A stretch of DNA of 64,000 nucleotides from an uncultured Bacillota bacterium (lineage in GTDB: Bacteria; Sysuimicrobiota; Sysuimicrobiia; Sysuimicrobiales; Segetimicrobiaceae): contig CAWDRG010000009.1 of the NCBI GenBank assembly GCA_963804645.1, forward strand, positions 1,088,001 to 1,152,000, read 5' to 3'. A model generated the notes under the pieces. The model was not told where the DNA came from. It did not search any database and worked only from the letters and a program-made list of their open reading frames with translations. Shown one piece after another: positions 50,186 to 60,185 of this stretch. The translations under genes and the position numbers were made by a program. The first letter of the stretch is position 1; every line of letters starts with the position of its first letter.

Positions 50186-51337
50186 ATGCGCGCGGAGACA
50201 CAGCCGAACAGCGGAACCTGGCGGCAGGGCGGTGCCACGGATGCACCGGCCGACCTCGAACTGCGCGACGTTACCAAGTCGTTCGGCGCCGCGCCGGTCG
50301 TGAACCGGCTGTCGCTTGCGGTCGGGCGCGGCGAGTTCGTCACGATCCTCGGACCGAGCGGCTGCGGCAAGACCACGACGCTCCGGATCGTGGCGGGGTT
50401 CGTCTCGCCGGACGTCGGAGACGTGTTCATCCGCGGGACCGACGTGACGGCGCTGCCCCCGGATCGGCGCGGCATCGGACTGGTGTTCCAGCACTACTGT
50501 TTGTTCCCCCACATGACCGTCGCGGCGAACGTCGGGTACGGCCTTCGGCTGCGCGGCCTCCGCGGGGACGCGCTGACGCAGCGCGTGCGCGAGGCGCTCG
50601 ACCTGGTGCGGCTTGACGGGCTCGACGCGCGGTATCCCCACCAGCTCAGCGGCGGCCAGCAGCAGCGGGTGGCGCTCGCGCGCGCGATCGTAATCCGGCC
50701 AGCGGTCCTGCTGCTGGACGAGCCGCTCAGCAACCTGGATACCAAGCTGCGCCTGACCATGCGGGACGAGCTCCGGCAGCTGCAGCGGGATGTCGGCGTC
50801 ACAACCGTGCTCGTAACGCACGATCAGGAGGAGGCGCTCGCGCTGTCGGACCGCGTGGTCGTCATGAATCACGGCCGCGCGGAACAGGTCGGCCCGCCCG
50901 ACGCCGTCTATCGGCGGCCGCGTAGTCCATTCGTCGCCGAGTTCCTCGGGGCCAAGAACATGTGGGACGGCGTGGTCACGATGCGCGACGGTCCGGTCGC
51001 CCTCATCCGCACCGCCGATTTTGAGATCGCCGCCGCGGTCCCCGAGGTGCGCGAGCCGACGCCGGTCGTGGTCATCGTGCGGCCCGAGGCGATCTCGATC
51101 GTCCCGGACGACCGCGCGGCGGCGCGTACGGGCCGCAATCGTGTGGCCGGTGAGGTCCGCAGCGTGCAGTATCTGGGCGCGTGGATCGAATACATCGTTC
51201 AGGTAGGCTCGACGCACATCCGGTTGATCGCGCAGAATCGCGAAGGCAGCTCCGGCGCCCCGGACCCGTCGCTGGACGGGGGACGGGTCATCCTTGAGTG
51301 GAGCGCGGCGGCGTGTCACGTGATCCCGCCGGCGTGA
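50186..51337 (+). CDS. PotA-type ABC ATP-binding protein
   Basis: GPSGCGKTT, LSGGQQQRVALARA and LLLDEPLSNLD; TOBE tail. Confidence 0.92.
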   Translation: MRAETQPNSGTWRQGGATDAPADLELRDVTKSFGAAPVVNRLSLAVGRGEFVTILGPSGCGKTTTLRIVAGFVSPDVGDVFIRGTDVTALPPDRRGIGLVFQHYCLFPHMTVAANVGYGLRLRGLRGDALTQRVREALDLVRLDGLDARYPHQLSGGQQQRVALARAIVIRPAVLLLDEPLSNLDTKLRLTMRDELRQLQRDVGVTTVLVTHDQEEALALSDRVVVMNHGRAEQVGPPDAVYRRPRSPFVAEFLGAKNMWDGVVTMRDGPVALIRTADFEIAAAVPEVREPTPVVVIVRPEAISIVPDDRAAARTGRNRVAGEVRSVQYLGAWIEYIVQVGSTHIRLIAQNREGSSGAPDPSLDGGRVILEWSAAACHVIPPA

Positions 51338-52224
51338 GCCGTCCGCCGGGCGGCGGTCCGGCGCGCCGACGCGGCGGCGGGCGGGTGGGGGGGCTCTTGC
51401 TGCTTGCCCCGAGCGTGACGGCCGTCCTGGTGTGTTTCGTCGTGCCGCTCGCGCTCATGGTGTCCGCCGGCTTCGACCGGTTTGCACCGCCGAGCACCGT
51501 GATCCCCGCGTTCACGCTGGACAACTTCGGGCGATTTTTTGGCGATTCGTTTTACCGCGCGATCTTCGTGCAGACCGTGGGGATGGGACTCGCGGTCGCC
51601 GCGATCTGCGCGCTCCTATCCTATCCGCTGGCGTACGTGCTGGCTCGCGGGACGGCGCGGTGGCGGGGCGCGCTGGTACTCGTGATCTTGTCCCCGTTGA
51701 TGATCAGCGTCGTCGTTCGTAGCTACGGGTGGACCATCTTGCTGATGCAGGGCGGTCCGCTCGACGCGGTGTTCACCGCGGTGGGGCTGCCGGCCCCGCA
51801 CCTGCTGTTCAGCATGACCGGGACGATCATCGCGCTCGCCGAGGTGCTGCTGCCGTTTATGATCTTCACGCTTTCGTCGGTCCTCCAGCACGTTGACGCG
51901 GGGCTCGAGGAATCCGCGCAGAGCCTTGGGGCCAGCCGCTGGCGGGTGTTTCGCGACATCGTGCTGCCGTTGAGTTTGCCTGGGCTCGCCGCGGGGGGGC
52001 TGCTCGTGTTTGTGCTCGCGATCAGCGCGTTCGCGACGCCGGTGCTCGTGGGAGGGGCTACGACCCAGGTGATGGCCAGCGTGATCTTCGGCGAGGCGAC
52101 CAACGCGCTGAACTGGCCGTTCGCGTCCGCGATGAGCACGTTCCTCATCGTCTTCATTCTGGCGCTGGTCGCGGCGCAGGGCTGGTTGATGCGGCGGGCG
52201 CGCGCGTGGGCCCCGGGGCGATGA
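51334..52224 (+). CDS. PotB-type ABC permease
   Basis: LSYPLAY, SVVVRSYGW, LEESAQSLGA and NWPFASA. Confidence 0.92.
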   Translation: MSRPPGGGPARRRGGGRVGGLLLLAPSVTAVLVCFVVPLALMVSAGFDRFAPPSTVIPAFTLDNFGRFFGDSFYRAIFVQTVGMGLAVAAICALLSYPLAYVLARGTARWRGALVLVILSPLMISVVVRSYGWTILLMQGGPLDAVFTAVGLPAPHLLFSMTGTIIALAEVLLPFMIFTLSSVLQHVDAGLEESAQSLGASRWRVFRDIVLPLSLPGLAAGGLLVFVLAISAFATPVLVGGATTQVMASVIFGEATNALNWPFASAMSTFLIVFILALVAAQGWLMRRARAWAPGR

Positions 52225-53084
52225 CGCCGACGGGAACGGCCGTGATGCCGGCGTCGGGCCGCGCGCGGGGGCGCCGCCGGGTCCGCGCGGGCTCGGCCCT
52301 CGGGACGGCGTTCAACGCCGGCGTGATCGTGTTTCTCCTGGCGCCGATCGTCATCATGATGATCGAGTCGTTCAACTCGGGCGGCTACCTGCTCTTCCCG
52401 CCGCAGGGGGTCTCGCTGCGGTGGTATCAGGCGTTCTTCGACAACGCCGATTTCGTCGAGTCGCTGCGCATCAGCCTCGCGCTCGCGTTCGTGGCCACGC
52501 TCGTGGCCACGACCATCGGGGTGATGGCCGCCCTCGCGCTTGCCGCGGGCCGCTCGCGCGCGGCCGTGATCGTGAAGAGCGGATTGGTCGCTCCGGTGAC
52601 GGTCCCGGGGATCGTGACGGGAACCGGGATGCTGATCGCGTTCAGCCGGGTCAATCTGGAGGGGTCATTTCTCAGCCTCGCGATCGCGCACACCGTGTTG
52701 ATCCTGCCGTTTGTCGTGCTGATCGTCTCCGCGGGGCTGGAGGCGTTCGATCGGTCGATTGAGGAGGCGGCGCGCAGCCTGGGCGCCGGACAGCTTCGTG
52801 CGTTTCTCACGGTCACGCTGCCGCTGATCCGGGGCAGCCTGGTCGCCGCTGCGGTGTTGGCGTTTCTCACCTCGTTCGATGAGGTCGTCGTCTCCCTGTT
52901 TCTCGCCGGACCGCTCACCACCACGCTGCCGGTCCGGATCTTCCACTACGTCGAGGGATCGAGCAGCCCCCTGATCGCCGCCGTCTCGACGCTGCTGGTG
53001 CTGCTGGCCGGCGCCGTGGTGCTGACGCTTGATCGGACGATCGGGTTCACCCGGTTTCTCTCGAGACGTCCGCAGGATAGTTAG
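52221..53084 (+). CDS. PotC-type ABC permease
   Basis: FPPQGVSLRWY, IEEAARSLGA, AFLTSFDE and TTLPVRIF. Confidence 0.92.
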   Translation: MTPTGTAVMPASGRARGRRRVRAGSALGTAFNAGVIVFLLAPIVIMMIESFNSGGYLLFPPQGVSLRWYQAFFDNADFVESLRISLALAFVATLVATTIGVMAALALAAGRSRAAVIVKSGLVAPVTVPGIVTGTGMLIAFSRVNLEGSFLSLAIAHTVLILPFVVLIVSAGLEAFDRSIEEAARSLGAGQLRAFLTVTLPLIRGSLVAAAVLAFLTSFDEVVVSLFLAGPLTTTLPVRIFHYVEGSSSPLIAAVSTLLVLLAGAVVLTLDRTIGFTRFLSRRPQDS

Positions 53085-53106
53085 CGCACGGCGAGGAGGC
53101 AGAACG

Positions 53107-54183
53107 ATGCGCACGATGCTCCGCAGTCACGTGGTCGGTGTTGCCGTGGCGGGCCTGCTCGTGATCCTGATCGGCGGGGCGGGATGGGGGGCGCCGGCTC
53201 CGGAGAACTTCGGCGGCGAGCAACTCGTCGTCACGATCCCGGGAGGCAAGCAGGAGGACGATTTCACGCGGCTCGCGTTCCAGCCCTTCGAGAAGCTGTA
53301 CAACGCGAAGATCTCCATCGTGGAAGGGTCGACGTTCGACATCCTGGCGAAACTGCGCGCGCAGCGCGCGAATCCGCAGATCGACGTGTGGACGATGGCC
53401 GAGCCCGGCCCGATCATCGCCCGCGACGAAAAGCTCGTGGAGCCGATGACGGTGGCCGACGTGCCGAACCTCGCCAAGCTGATTCCGGCGGCGCAGTGGA
53501 ACCGCCTGCCGGACGGCAGTTACCCGTTTGTCGACGTTGAGCTGACCGCGATCGCCGTCGGGTACAATCCAAACTTCGCGCACACGGTGCCCACGAACTG
53601 GAACCAGCTTGCCGACCCGATGTACAAGGGGCATCTCCTGATGCCGAACATGAACGTCGCGGCGGGGGTCGTGCTGCTGGTCGTGCTGGCGCGCGTCAAT
53701 GGCGGCAGCGAACGCAACATCGACCCGGGATTCGCGGCGGCGGCGAAGGTGCGGCAGAATGCGATTACTCTCTGGTCGTCCCACGACCAGGTCGCGACGA
53801 TGCTCACGCAGGGGACGGCGTGGCTGACCGTGGAATCGGTGGACCGGTTGGGTCCCTTGAACCGGAGCGGCGCCCCCATCAACATCGATTACCCGCAAGA
53901 TGGGGTCGTGGCGATCGGAAACTCGATGGGTATCTCGGCGGGCACGCGCCACAAGAAGCTGGCGGAGCGCCTCCTCAACTACCTGCTCGCCCCCGAGCAG
54001 CAGAGTGCGCTCAGCGCCGCCGGCATCTTCTTTCCCCCGGTCGCGGGCGTGCGGATGTCGCCGCAGGTGTCGTACTACTTTCCGCCGTACGTGATGAAGA
54101 AGGCGATCGCGCTCGATTGGGAGCAGATCGCGCAGCACGCGGACGTGTGGCAGGAGCGGTGGAACAAGGAGATCGTGAAGTAA
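53107..54183 (+). CDS. PotD-like ABC substrate-binding protein, copy 1
   Basis: Signal peptide, KLRAQRANPQIDV, IDPGF and WQERWNKEI. Confidence 0.9.
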   Translation: MRTMLRSHVVGVAVAGLLVILIGGAGWGAPAPENFGGEQLVVTIPGGKQEDDFTRLAFQPFEKLYNAKISIVEGSTFDILAKLRAQRANPQIDVWTMAEPGPIIARDEKLVEPMTVADVPNLAKLIPAAQWNRLPDGSYPFVDVELTAIAVGYNPNFAHTVPTNWNQLADPMYKGHLLMPNMNVAAGVVLLVVLARVNGGSERNIDPGFAAAAKVRQNAITLWSSHDQVATMLTQGTAWLTVESVDRLGPLNRSGAPINIDYPQDGVVAIGNSMGISAGTRHKKLAERLLNYLLAPEQQSALSAAGIFFPPVAGVRMSPQVSYYFPPYVMKKAIALDWEQIAQHADVWQERWNKEIVK

Positions 54184-54256
54184 CTCTGCGGGCCCGATCG
54201 GCCGTCCGGGCGCGGGACGCGCGGAGACCAATCCGAGTACGATAAGGGGGGAAACG

Positions 54257-55333
54257 ATGCGCCGGGTCCTTCGCAGCCACGTGATCGGCCTCACGCTCGC
54301 GGGCCTGCTCGTGATCTTGATCGGTGGAGCGGGCTGGGGGGCGGCGGCTCCGCAGAATTTTGGCGGCGAGCAGCTGGTGATCACCATCCCCGGCGGGGAG
54401 CAGGAGGAGGACCTCACCAAGTACGTCGTGCAGCCGTTCGAGAAGCTGTACAATGCCAGGATCTCCATCGTGGAAGGCTCGACGTTCGACATCCTGGCGA
54501 AGCTGCGCGCGCAGCGCGCGAATCCGCAGATCGACGTGTGGACGATGGGGGAGCCGGGCCCCGTCATCGCCCGCGACGAGAAACTCGTGGAGCCGATGAC
54601 GGTGGCCGACATGTCGAGCCTCGGCACGCTGATCCCGGCGGCGCAGTGGAACCGCCTCCCCGACGGCAGCTACCCGTTTGTCGACTTCGAGCTGACCGCG
54701 ATCGCCGTCGGGTACAATCCGAAGTTCGCCCACCAGGTGCCCACGAGCTGGAACCAGCTGGCCGACCCCATGTATAAGGGGCATCTGCTGATGCCGAACA
54801 TGAACGTCTCGGCCGGCGTGGTCCTGCTGGTCGCGCTGGCCCGCGCGAACGGAGGCAGCGAGCGCAACATCGATCCCGGCTTCGCCGCGGCGGCCAAGGT
54901 GCGCCAGAACGCGATCACGCTCTGGACCTCCCACGACCAGGTCGCGACGATGCTCTCCCAGGGGACGGCGTGGGTCGCGGTGGAGTCCGTGGACCGGCTG
55001 GGTCCCCTGAACAGGAGCGGCGCTCCGATCGACATCGACTATCCGGAAGACGGCGTCGTGGCGGTCGGGAACTCCATGGGGATCTCGGCGGGGACCCGCC
55101 ACAAGAAGCTGGCGGAGGCGTTCCTCAACTTCTTGCTCGCCCCCGAGCAGGAGGGACCGCTCAGCAATGCCGGGGTCTTCTTCCCGCCCGTCCAAGGCGT
55201 GCACATCTCTCCGCAGCAGTCGCTCTACTACCCGCCGTACGTGATGAAGAAGGCGATCGCGCTCGACTGGGAGCAGATTGCCCGGCAGTCGGATGCGTGG
55301 CAGGAGCGCTGGAACAAGGAGATCGTGAAGTAA
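54257..55333 (+). CDS. PotD-like ABC substrate-binding protein, copy 2 (tandem duplicate)
   Basis: Closely similar along its whole length to 53107-54183. Confidence 0.9.
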   Translation: MRRVLRSHVIGLTLAGLLVILIGGAGWGAAAPQNFGGEQLVITIPGGEQEEDLTKYVVQPFEKLYNARISIVEGSTFDILAKLRAQRANPQIDVWTMGEPGPVIARDEKLVEPMTVADMSSLGTLIPAAQWNRLPDGSYPFVDFELTAIAVGYNPKFAHQVPTSWNQLADPMYKGHLLMPNMNVSAGVVLLVALARANGGSERNIDPGFAAAAKVRQNAITLWTSHDQVATMLSQGTAWVAVESVDRLGPLNRSGAPIDIDYPEDGVVAVGNSMGISAGTRHKKLAEAFLNFLLAPEQEGPLSNAGVFFPPVQGVHISPQQSLYYPPYVMKKAIALDWEQIARQSDAWQERWNKEIVK

Positions 55334-55377
55334 GGACGCAAGCCCGGCCCAATTTCGCTGACGCCAAGGAGCTGTCG

Positions 55378-57306
55378 ATGTTCGAGGCCCTGTTCAGCCC
55401 GCTGCAGATCGGCCCCGTCACGGTCCGCAACCGTGTGATGCACCTGGCGACGCGCACGCTGCTCCACGACCGCAACCAGGTCAGCGACCGGCTGATCGCG
55501 TTTTTCGAGGAGCGGGTGCGCGGCGGCGTCGGGTCGATCGTGCTGAGCCAGCCCCGGCCGGCCGCGCGCCACGCGGAGCCCGTGGCGTACGGGCGCGACA
55601 CCATTCCGGGGCTGCGCCTGCTGGCCCACGCGATGCACCGCAGCGGGGTGCCCATCTTCGGACAGCTGAACGACAGCGGGCGCCAGCACCGCACCGATGC
55701 GATCCCGTTCCTCCAGGGGCCGTCGCCAGTCCCGTGTCCGTTCAGCGGCGGCACGCCTCACGAGATGACGGTGGACGAGATCCGGGCGGTGACGGCGGGG
55801 ATGGTCGTGTCGTCGCGGCACCTGCAGGAGGCCGGGATCGACGGCGTCGAGATCCACGGCGCGCAGGGGCATCTGCTGCAGCAGTTCCTGTCGCCCGTCA
55901 GCAATCACCGCACCGACGCGTACGGCGGGTCGCTCGCGAACCGGCTGCGGTTCCACCTCGAGACGCTCGGCGGGATTCGACAGGCCTGCGGACCGGAGTT
56001 CGTCATCGGCCTCCGGCTGGGCGTCGAGGAGTTCACGGAGGGCGGGCTGACCTTTGCTGAAGCCCGGCTCGCGGCGTCGACGATCGCGGCCACGGGACTG
56101 ATCGATTACCTGTCGATCAGCCAAGCCAATTTCAACAGCATCGCCAAGTTCACCCCGGACCGCCGGGATCCGCCGATGCCGCATGTCCAGTTTCCGGCGG
56201 GGATTCGCGCGGACCATCCGGGCGTGCCGGTGGTGGCCTGCGGGCGCATCTTGGAGCCGGCGCAGGCGGAGCAAATCCTTCAGAACGGCCAGGCGGACCT
56301 GATCGGCCTGTGCCGGCCCCTCTTGGCCGATGCCGACTGGGCGCGGAAGGCCTTCGAGGGCCACGCGGCCGAGATCCGGCGGTGCATTGGATGCAACCAA
56401 TGTTGGAGCTGGACCGGGGCGGGCCGGCCGATCGCGTGCGTCGAGAATCCCGTCACGGGCCGAGAGCTGGAGTTGGGAGGCGATACGCTGCGGCCGGCCG
56501 AGACGCCGCGGCGCGTCGTCGTGGTCGGCGGAGGGCCGGGCGGGATGGAGGCGGCGCGGGTCGCCGCGATGCGAGGACACCGCGTGACGCTGTTCGAGCG
56601 TGAGACGCGCCTGGGCGGGGCGGTGGTGGACGCGGCCGTCGTGCCGAGCCAGGCCGATGTGGGCTGGCTCGCGGAGTTTCTCGGCGATGAGATGGGGCGG
56701 ACCGGGGTGGAGGTGCGTTTGGGCGTGGAGGCCAGCGTGGACGAGGTGCGGGCCGAGCGTCCGGACGCGGTCATCGTCGCATGCGGCGCCGCGGAGATCC
56801 GCGATGGATTGGGGGACACCGGGGCGGTGCCGGTGCACACCCCGGTGGAGATCCTCCGCCATACGGCGGCGGCCGGAGACCACGTGGTCGTGCTGGACGA
56901 AGACGGGTACTACGAGGGGTGCGCCATCGCCGAGTTCCTGGCCCAGCGCGGCGCGCGCGTGCACCTCGTGACACGGTTCTTCGAGGTGGGACGGGAGATC
57001 CCGACGACCTCGCTCACCACGACCTTGGGCGCGTTGGACCGCCTCGGCGTCGAGCTGGTGCCGACGGCCTGGCTGGCGCGCGTGGACGGCCGCGACGTCC
57101 GGCTCGCCCACTACTACAGCGGTCGCGAGTGGTCGCTGCGGGACGTGGACAGCCTCGTGCACGTCGGAGGACGCTCGGCGCGGAACGCGCTGTACCTTGC
57201 TCTCAGGGGCACGCTGCCAGAAGTGCGCTGCGTCGGTGACGCGTACATGCCGCGGCGGATCGCCGACGCGGTGCGGGAGGGGCATGCCGCCGGGCGGACC
57301 GTCTGA
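55378..57306 (+). CDS. OYE-family NADH:flavin oxidoreductase with 4Fe-4S and FAD domains (FadH/TMADH-like)
   Basis: EIHGAQGHLLQQFLSP..NHRTDAYGGS, CIGCNQC...CVENP, VVGGGPGGMEAA and VGDA..PR. AAGGAG RBS. Confidence 0.92.
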   Translation: MFEALFSPLQIGPVTVRNRVMHLATRTLLHDRNQVSDRLIAFFEERVRGGVGSIVLSQPRPAARHAEPVAYGRDTIPGLRLLAHAMHRSGVPIFGQLNDSGRQHRTDAIPFLQGPSPVPCPFSGGTPHEMTVDEIRAVTAGMVVSSRHLQEAGIDGVEIHGAQGHLLQQFLSPVSNHRTDAYGGSLANRLRFHLETLGGIRQACGPEFVIGLRLGVEEFTEGGLTFAEARLAASTIAATGLIDYLSISQANFNSIAKFTPDRRDPPMPHVQFPAGIRADHPGVPVVACGRILEPAQAEQILQNGQADLIGLCRPLLADADWARKAFEGHAAEIRRCIGCNQCWSWTGAGRPIACVENPVTGRELELGGDTLRPAETPRRVVVVGGGPGGMEAARVAAMRGHRVTLFERETRLGGAVVDAAVVPSQADVGWLAEFLGDEMGRTGVEVRLGVEASVDEVRAERPDAVIVACGAAEIRDGLGDTGAVPVHTPVEILRHTAAAGDHVVVLDEDGYYEGCAIAEFLAQRGARVHLVTRFFEVGREIPTTSLTTTLGALDRLGVELVPTAWLARVDGRDVRLAHYYSGREWSLRDVDSLVHVGGRSARNALYLALRGTLPEVRCVGDAYMPRRIADAVREGHAAGRTV

Positions 57307-57354
57307 GGCGCGCGGCGGCGCGGCGGGAAGACGCGAGCGTCTGGAGCGGGAGCG

Positions 57355-58648
57355 TCAGCGGCGCAGCACGCCCTCGCAGATCTCGCGAAACTCATCCACC
57401 GTGATGTAGTGCCGGACGTAGGACGTCGACACCGCCGCCCGGGCGCGGTGCAGGATCGTCGCGAACCCGGCGTCGTCGACCTCCAATCCCCACTGCGCGA
57501 TCAGCCGGCGGAGAAAGACCGGCTCGCTCGTATGCGCGCTGCTGCGCTCCCGTCCGAACAGAATTTTTCCGCCGATCGCGAACTCGATGGAGCGCCCCAC
57601 GACCTCGGGGGCGATGCCGATCGTCGCCTCCGAAACCGACGCCGACGCCCCGCTGAGATGTCCGAGGCCTTCCTCTTTGTTCCAGCTGCTCCCGACGATC
57701 GACTTCCACGGCGAGAGCGCGACCCCGAACGCGTCCCGCACGAAGCAGCCGAGCTCGTACAGGGCCTCCAACCGGATGCCCGTGCGCACGCCGTACATCT
57801 CCAGCAGGGCGGCGACCTCTTCCAGGGCGGCCGTGCCTCCCCGGTCGCCGATCCCGAGCACCGTGACATCGAGCCACGTGGCGCCGCCCTCCGCCGAGGC
57901 GATGGCGTTGGCCGTGGCGACACCGAGGTCGTTGTGGTGCTGGACGCAGACGTCGCACGCGCCGACGGCCGCTTTGACCCGGCGGATGAACAGCCGGGAC
58001 GCGAGCGGCGTGCTGTTGCCTCGGCTGTCCACCGCGTAGACGCCGTCCGCGCCGGCGTCGGCCATCGCGCGGAAAAACTCGCACACGATGTCGACGCGGA
58101 CGCGCATCGAATCCTCGGCCCAGGGTACGACCCGCACCCGCTGCCGCTTCGCGTAGCGCACCGCTTCGCCTATCGCGTCGACGATCGCGTGGGGGCTCAG
58201 GGCGCCTGTGAAATCTGAGATGACGTCGTCGTACGAATAGCGGAAGATCGGGCAGATCGTCTCCGCGCCGAGATCGACCTTGCGCGCGATCGCGCCCTTC
58301 CAGTCGCCGGCGAGCGGGATGTCGATGCCCGGGCCCTTGGCCGCGAGCGGCGTCCGGCAGCCGAGCCGGCGGTACGCCCGCGCGAGGTCAGCTTCTTCAT
58401 CGGAGGTGGTATGGCTCGGCAGCGTGATCTCCGCCATGCCGACCGCGTCCAGCCGCCGCATTCAGCTCCAGGCGCGTGTTCCAGTTGAGCTGGTGCCCCA
58501 CGCAGTCATCGCCTTCGGTCAACGTGCTGTCGATCAAATGTACTTCGGGCGGCATGCCCGCGCGCTCGGCGAGCGCCTCGGACTCCCAGTACATGGGGTT
58601 GACGCGCCATTGACCGGGCCGGTGCCAGGGGACCGAACGAGCCATCAT
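57355..58648 (-). CDS. DRE-TIM metallolyase-fold protein, atypical active site, copy 2 (frameshift near 58462)
   Basis: LIDSTLTEGDDCVGHQLNWNTRLEL continues in another frame as MRRLDAVG...QHHNDLG...GIGDRGG. Paralogue of 9073-10356. Confidence 0.85.
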
Positions 58649-58725
58649 ACCCTCCTTGGGATCACGCATGGGAGCGCACCCGGCGGCCGGGCGCGTCCGT
58701 CACGATGCCCGCCGACGGGGTCGAT

Positions 58726-59868
58726 CTACGGGGTCCACGTCTTCAGCGAGGCGTCGGCGTCCTCGGCGAACGACGTATTGACGAAGTCGTCGAACTTCAC
58801 CGTCGGCGCCGCTCCCAGGACGGCCTGCAGGAATTGGTAGGTCACGTCGACGCTGTGACGGGTGATCAGGGGATCCTTGGCCATCGCCGGGTAGTTGTTG
58901 GTCCAGGCCGCGTTCCAGATGTCCGTCGGCGTGTCGCCGCCACGGAGGCCGCGGAACACCGCGTTCGCCTGGTCGCTCTGCGCGGTGAGGAACTTGCCGC
59001 CCTTGGTGAGGCCGCGGACGAACGCGCGCACGACACCCGGGTGCGCCGCCAGATAGGCCTTCGTGGTCACGAACGAGCCGAACAGCATTCCGCGCAGCTG
59101 CGGGATGTCGCCGCGGGTCTGCGCGACCAGGATGAACCCGTTGTCCTGGATGGCCGCCGCCTCCGGCTCAGGCGACGAACGGACAAATCCGTCGATCCGG
59201 CGCTCCTTGAACGCCACGCGCATCGCCCCGACGCCCCCGATCGTGATCAGCGACATGTCGTGGTCGGGATCCACGCCGCCCAGCTTGGCCACGTACCGCG
59301 TGAACTGGTCGGTGGCGGTGCCGGGGGCCGAAATGGCGATGCGGAGCCCCTTCAGCGCCTTGAGGCGCTGGGGAAACGGCGTGGCGGCGGTCACCCCGGC
59401 CTTGTCCGCGGCTTCCTTGGAGATCACGAAGCCCACGGAGAACTCGGTCGTCGAGGCCGCGATGGCCACGAGCGGACTGCCCTGCTCCACCGCGTCGATC
59501 ACCTGCGTGAGCCCGGTATTCGCGAACTGGACGCTTCCGCCGATCAATGCGGCGACGGCATCGGTCCCGGCGCCGGAGTTCACCACGCTCACGTTGACAT
59601 TGAGTCCCTCCTGCTTGAAATATCCCTTGGCCGCGGCGATGTCGCCGGGCGCGTAGATCATTCCGATCCCCGCGTCGAGCAGCTCGACCGTGCCGAGATT
59701 CGGCGTGGCGGCGGCGGCGCCGAACGGTCCCGCGCCCCCACCGCCGATTGTGACGACGCCCAGCAGCAGCGCCGTGACCACCGCTGCGGCGCGGATGCGA
59801 GCGGGATGCCGACCCGCAGTCGACCTGGACGCGCGTGCCTCGTGGACCTCCGACCGCTGTCGTATCAT
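58726..59868 (-). CDS. SsuA/NMT1-type ABC substrate-binding protein, copy 2
   Basis: Paralogue of 15681-16796 (NNYPAMAKDP, IDGFVRSSP, terminal WTP). GGAGG RBS. Confidence 0.88.
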   Translation of the reverse strand: MIRQRSEVHEARASRSTAGRHPARIRAAAVVTALLLGVVTIGGGGAGPFGAAAATPNLGTVELLDAGIGMIYAPGDIAAAKGYFKQEGLNVNVSVVNSGAGTDAVAALIGGSVQFANTGLTQVIDAVEQGSPLVAIAASTTEFSVGFVISKEAADKAGVTAATPFPQRLKALKGLRIAISAPGTATDQFTRYVAKLGGVDPDHDMSLITIGGVGAMRVAFKERRIDGFVRSSPEPEAAAIQDNGFILVAQTRGDIPQLRGMLFGSFVTTKAYLAAHPGVVRAFVRGLTKGGKFLTAQSDQANAVFRGLRGGDTPTDIWNAAWTNNYPAMAKDPLITRHSVDVTYQFLQAVLGAAPTVKFDDFVNTSFAEDADASLKTWTP

Positions 59869-60185
59869 GATCGAACCTCCCTGAACTCGCGTGACGTCGG
59901 CGCGGCGCGGCGCGCCCCACGCCTCCCCACGGGTCCTGCCGAGCGTGGCGTCGGGTGCGATCATCGCGGCCGCCCGCTGGCGGCCTGCCCGCGCCGCGTC
60001 CCCGGGCGTCCGATTCCACGCCATTCCGCCCCGCCCCTTCGGACGGGGTCGCCGGGGCCGTTCCCGCGTGTCCCTGACCCCGCGTTGAGGCGGCCCCCTG
60101 GGACCGCTCGACGTGCGATGCGCGGCGCTCGTCCGGGGCCCGCTCAACGACGGGACGGAGCGCGTGCCGCGTCGAAGCTCCATAG

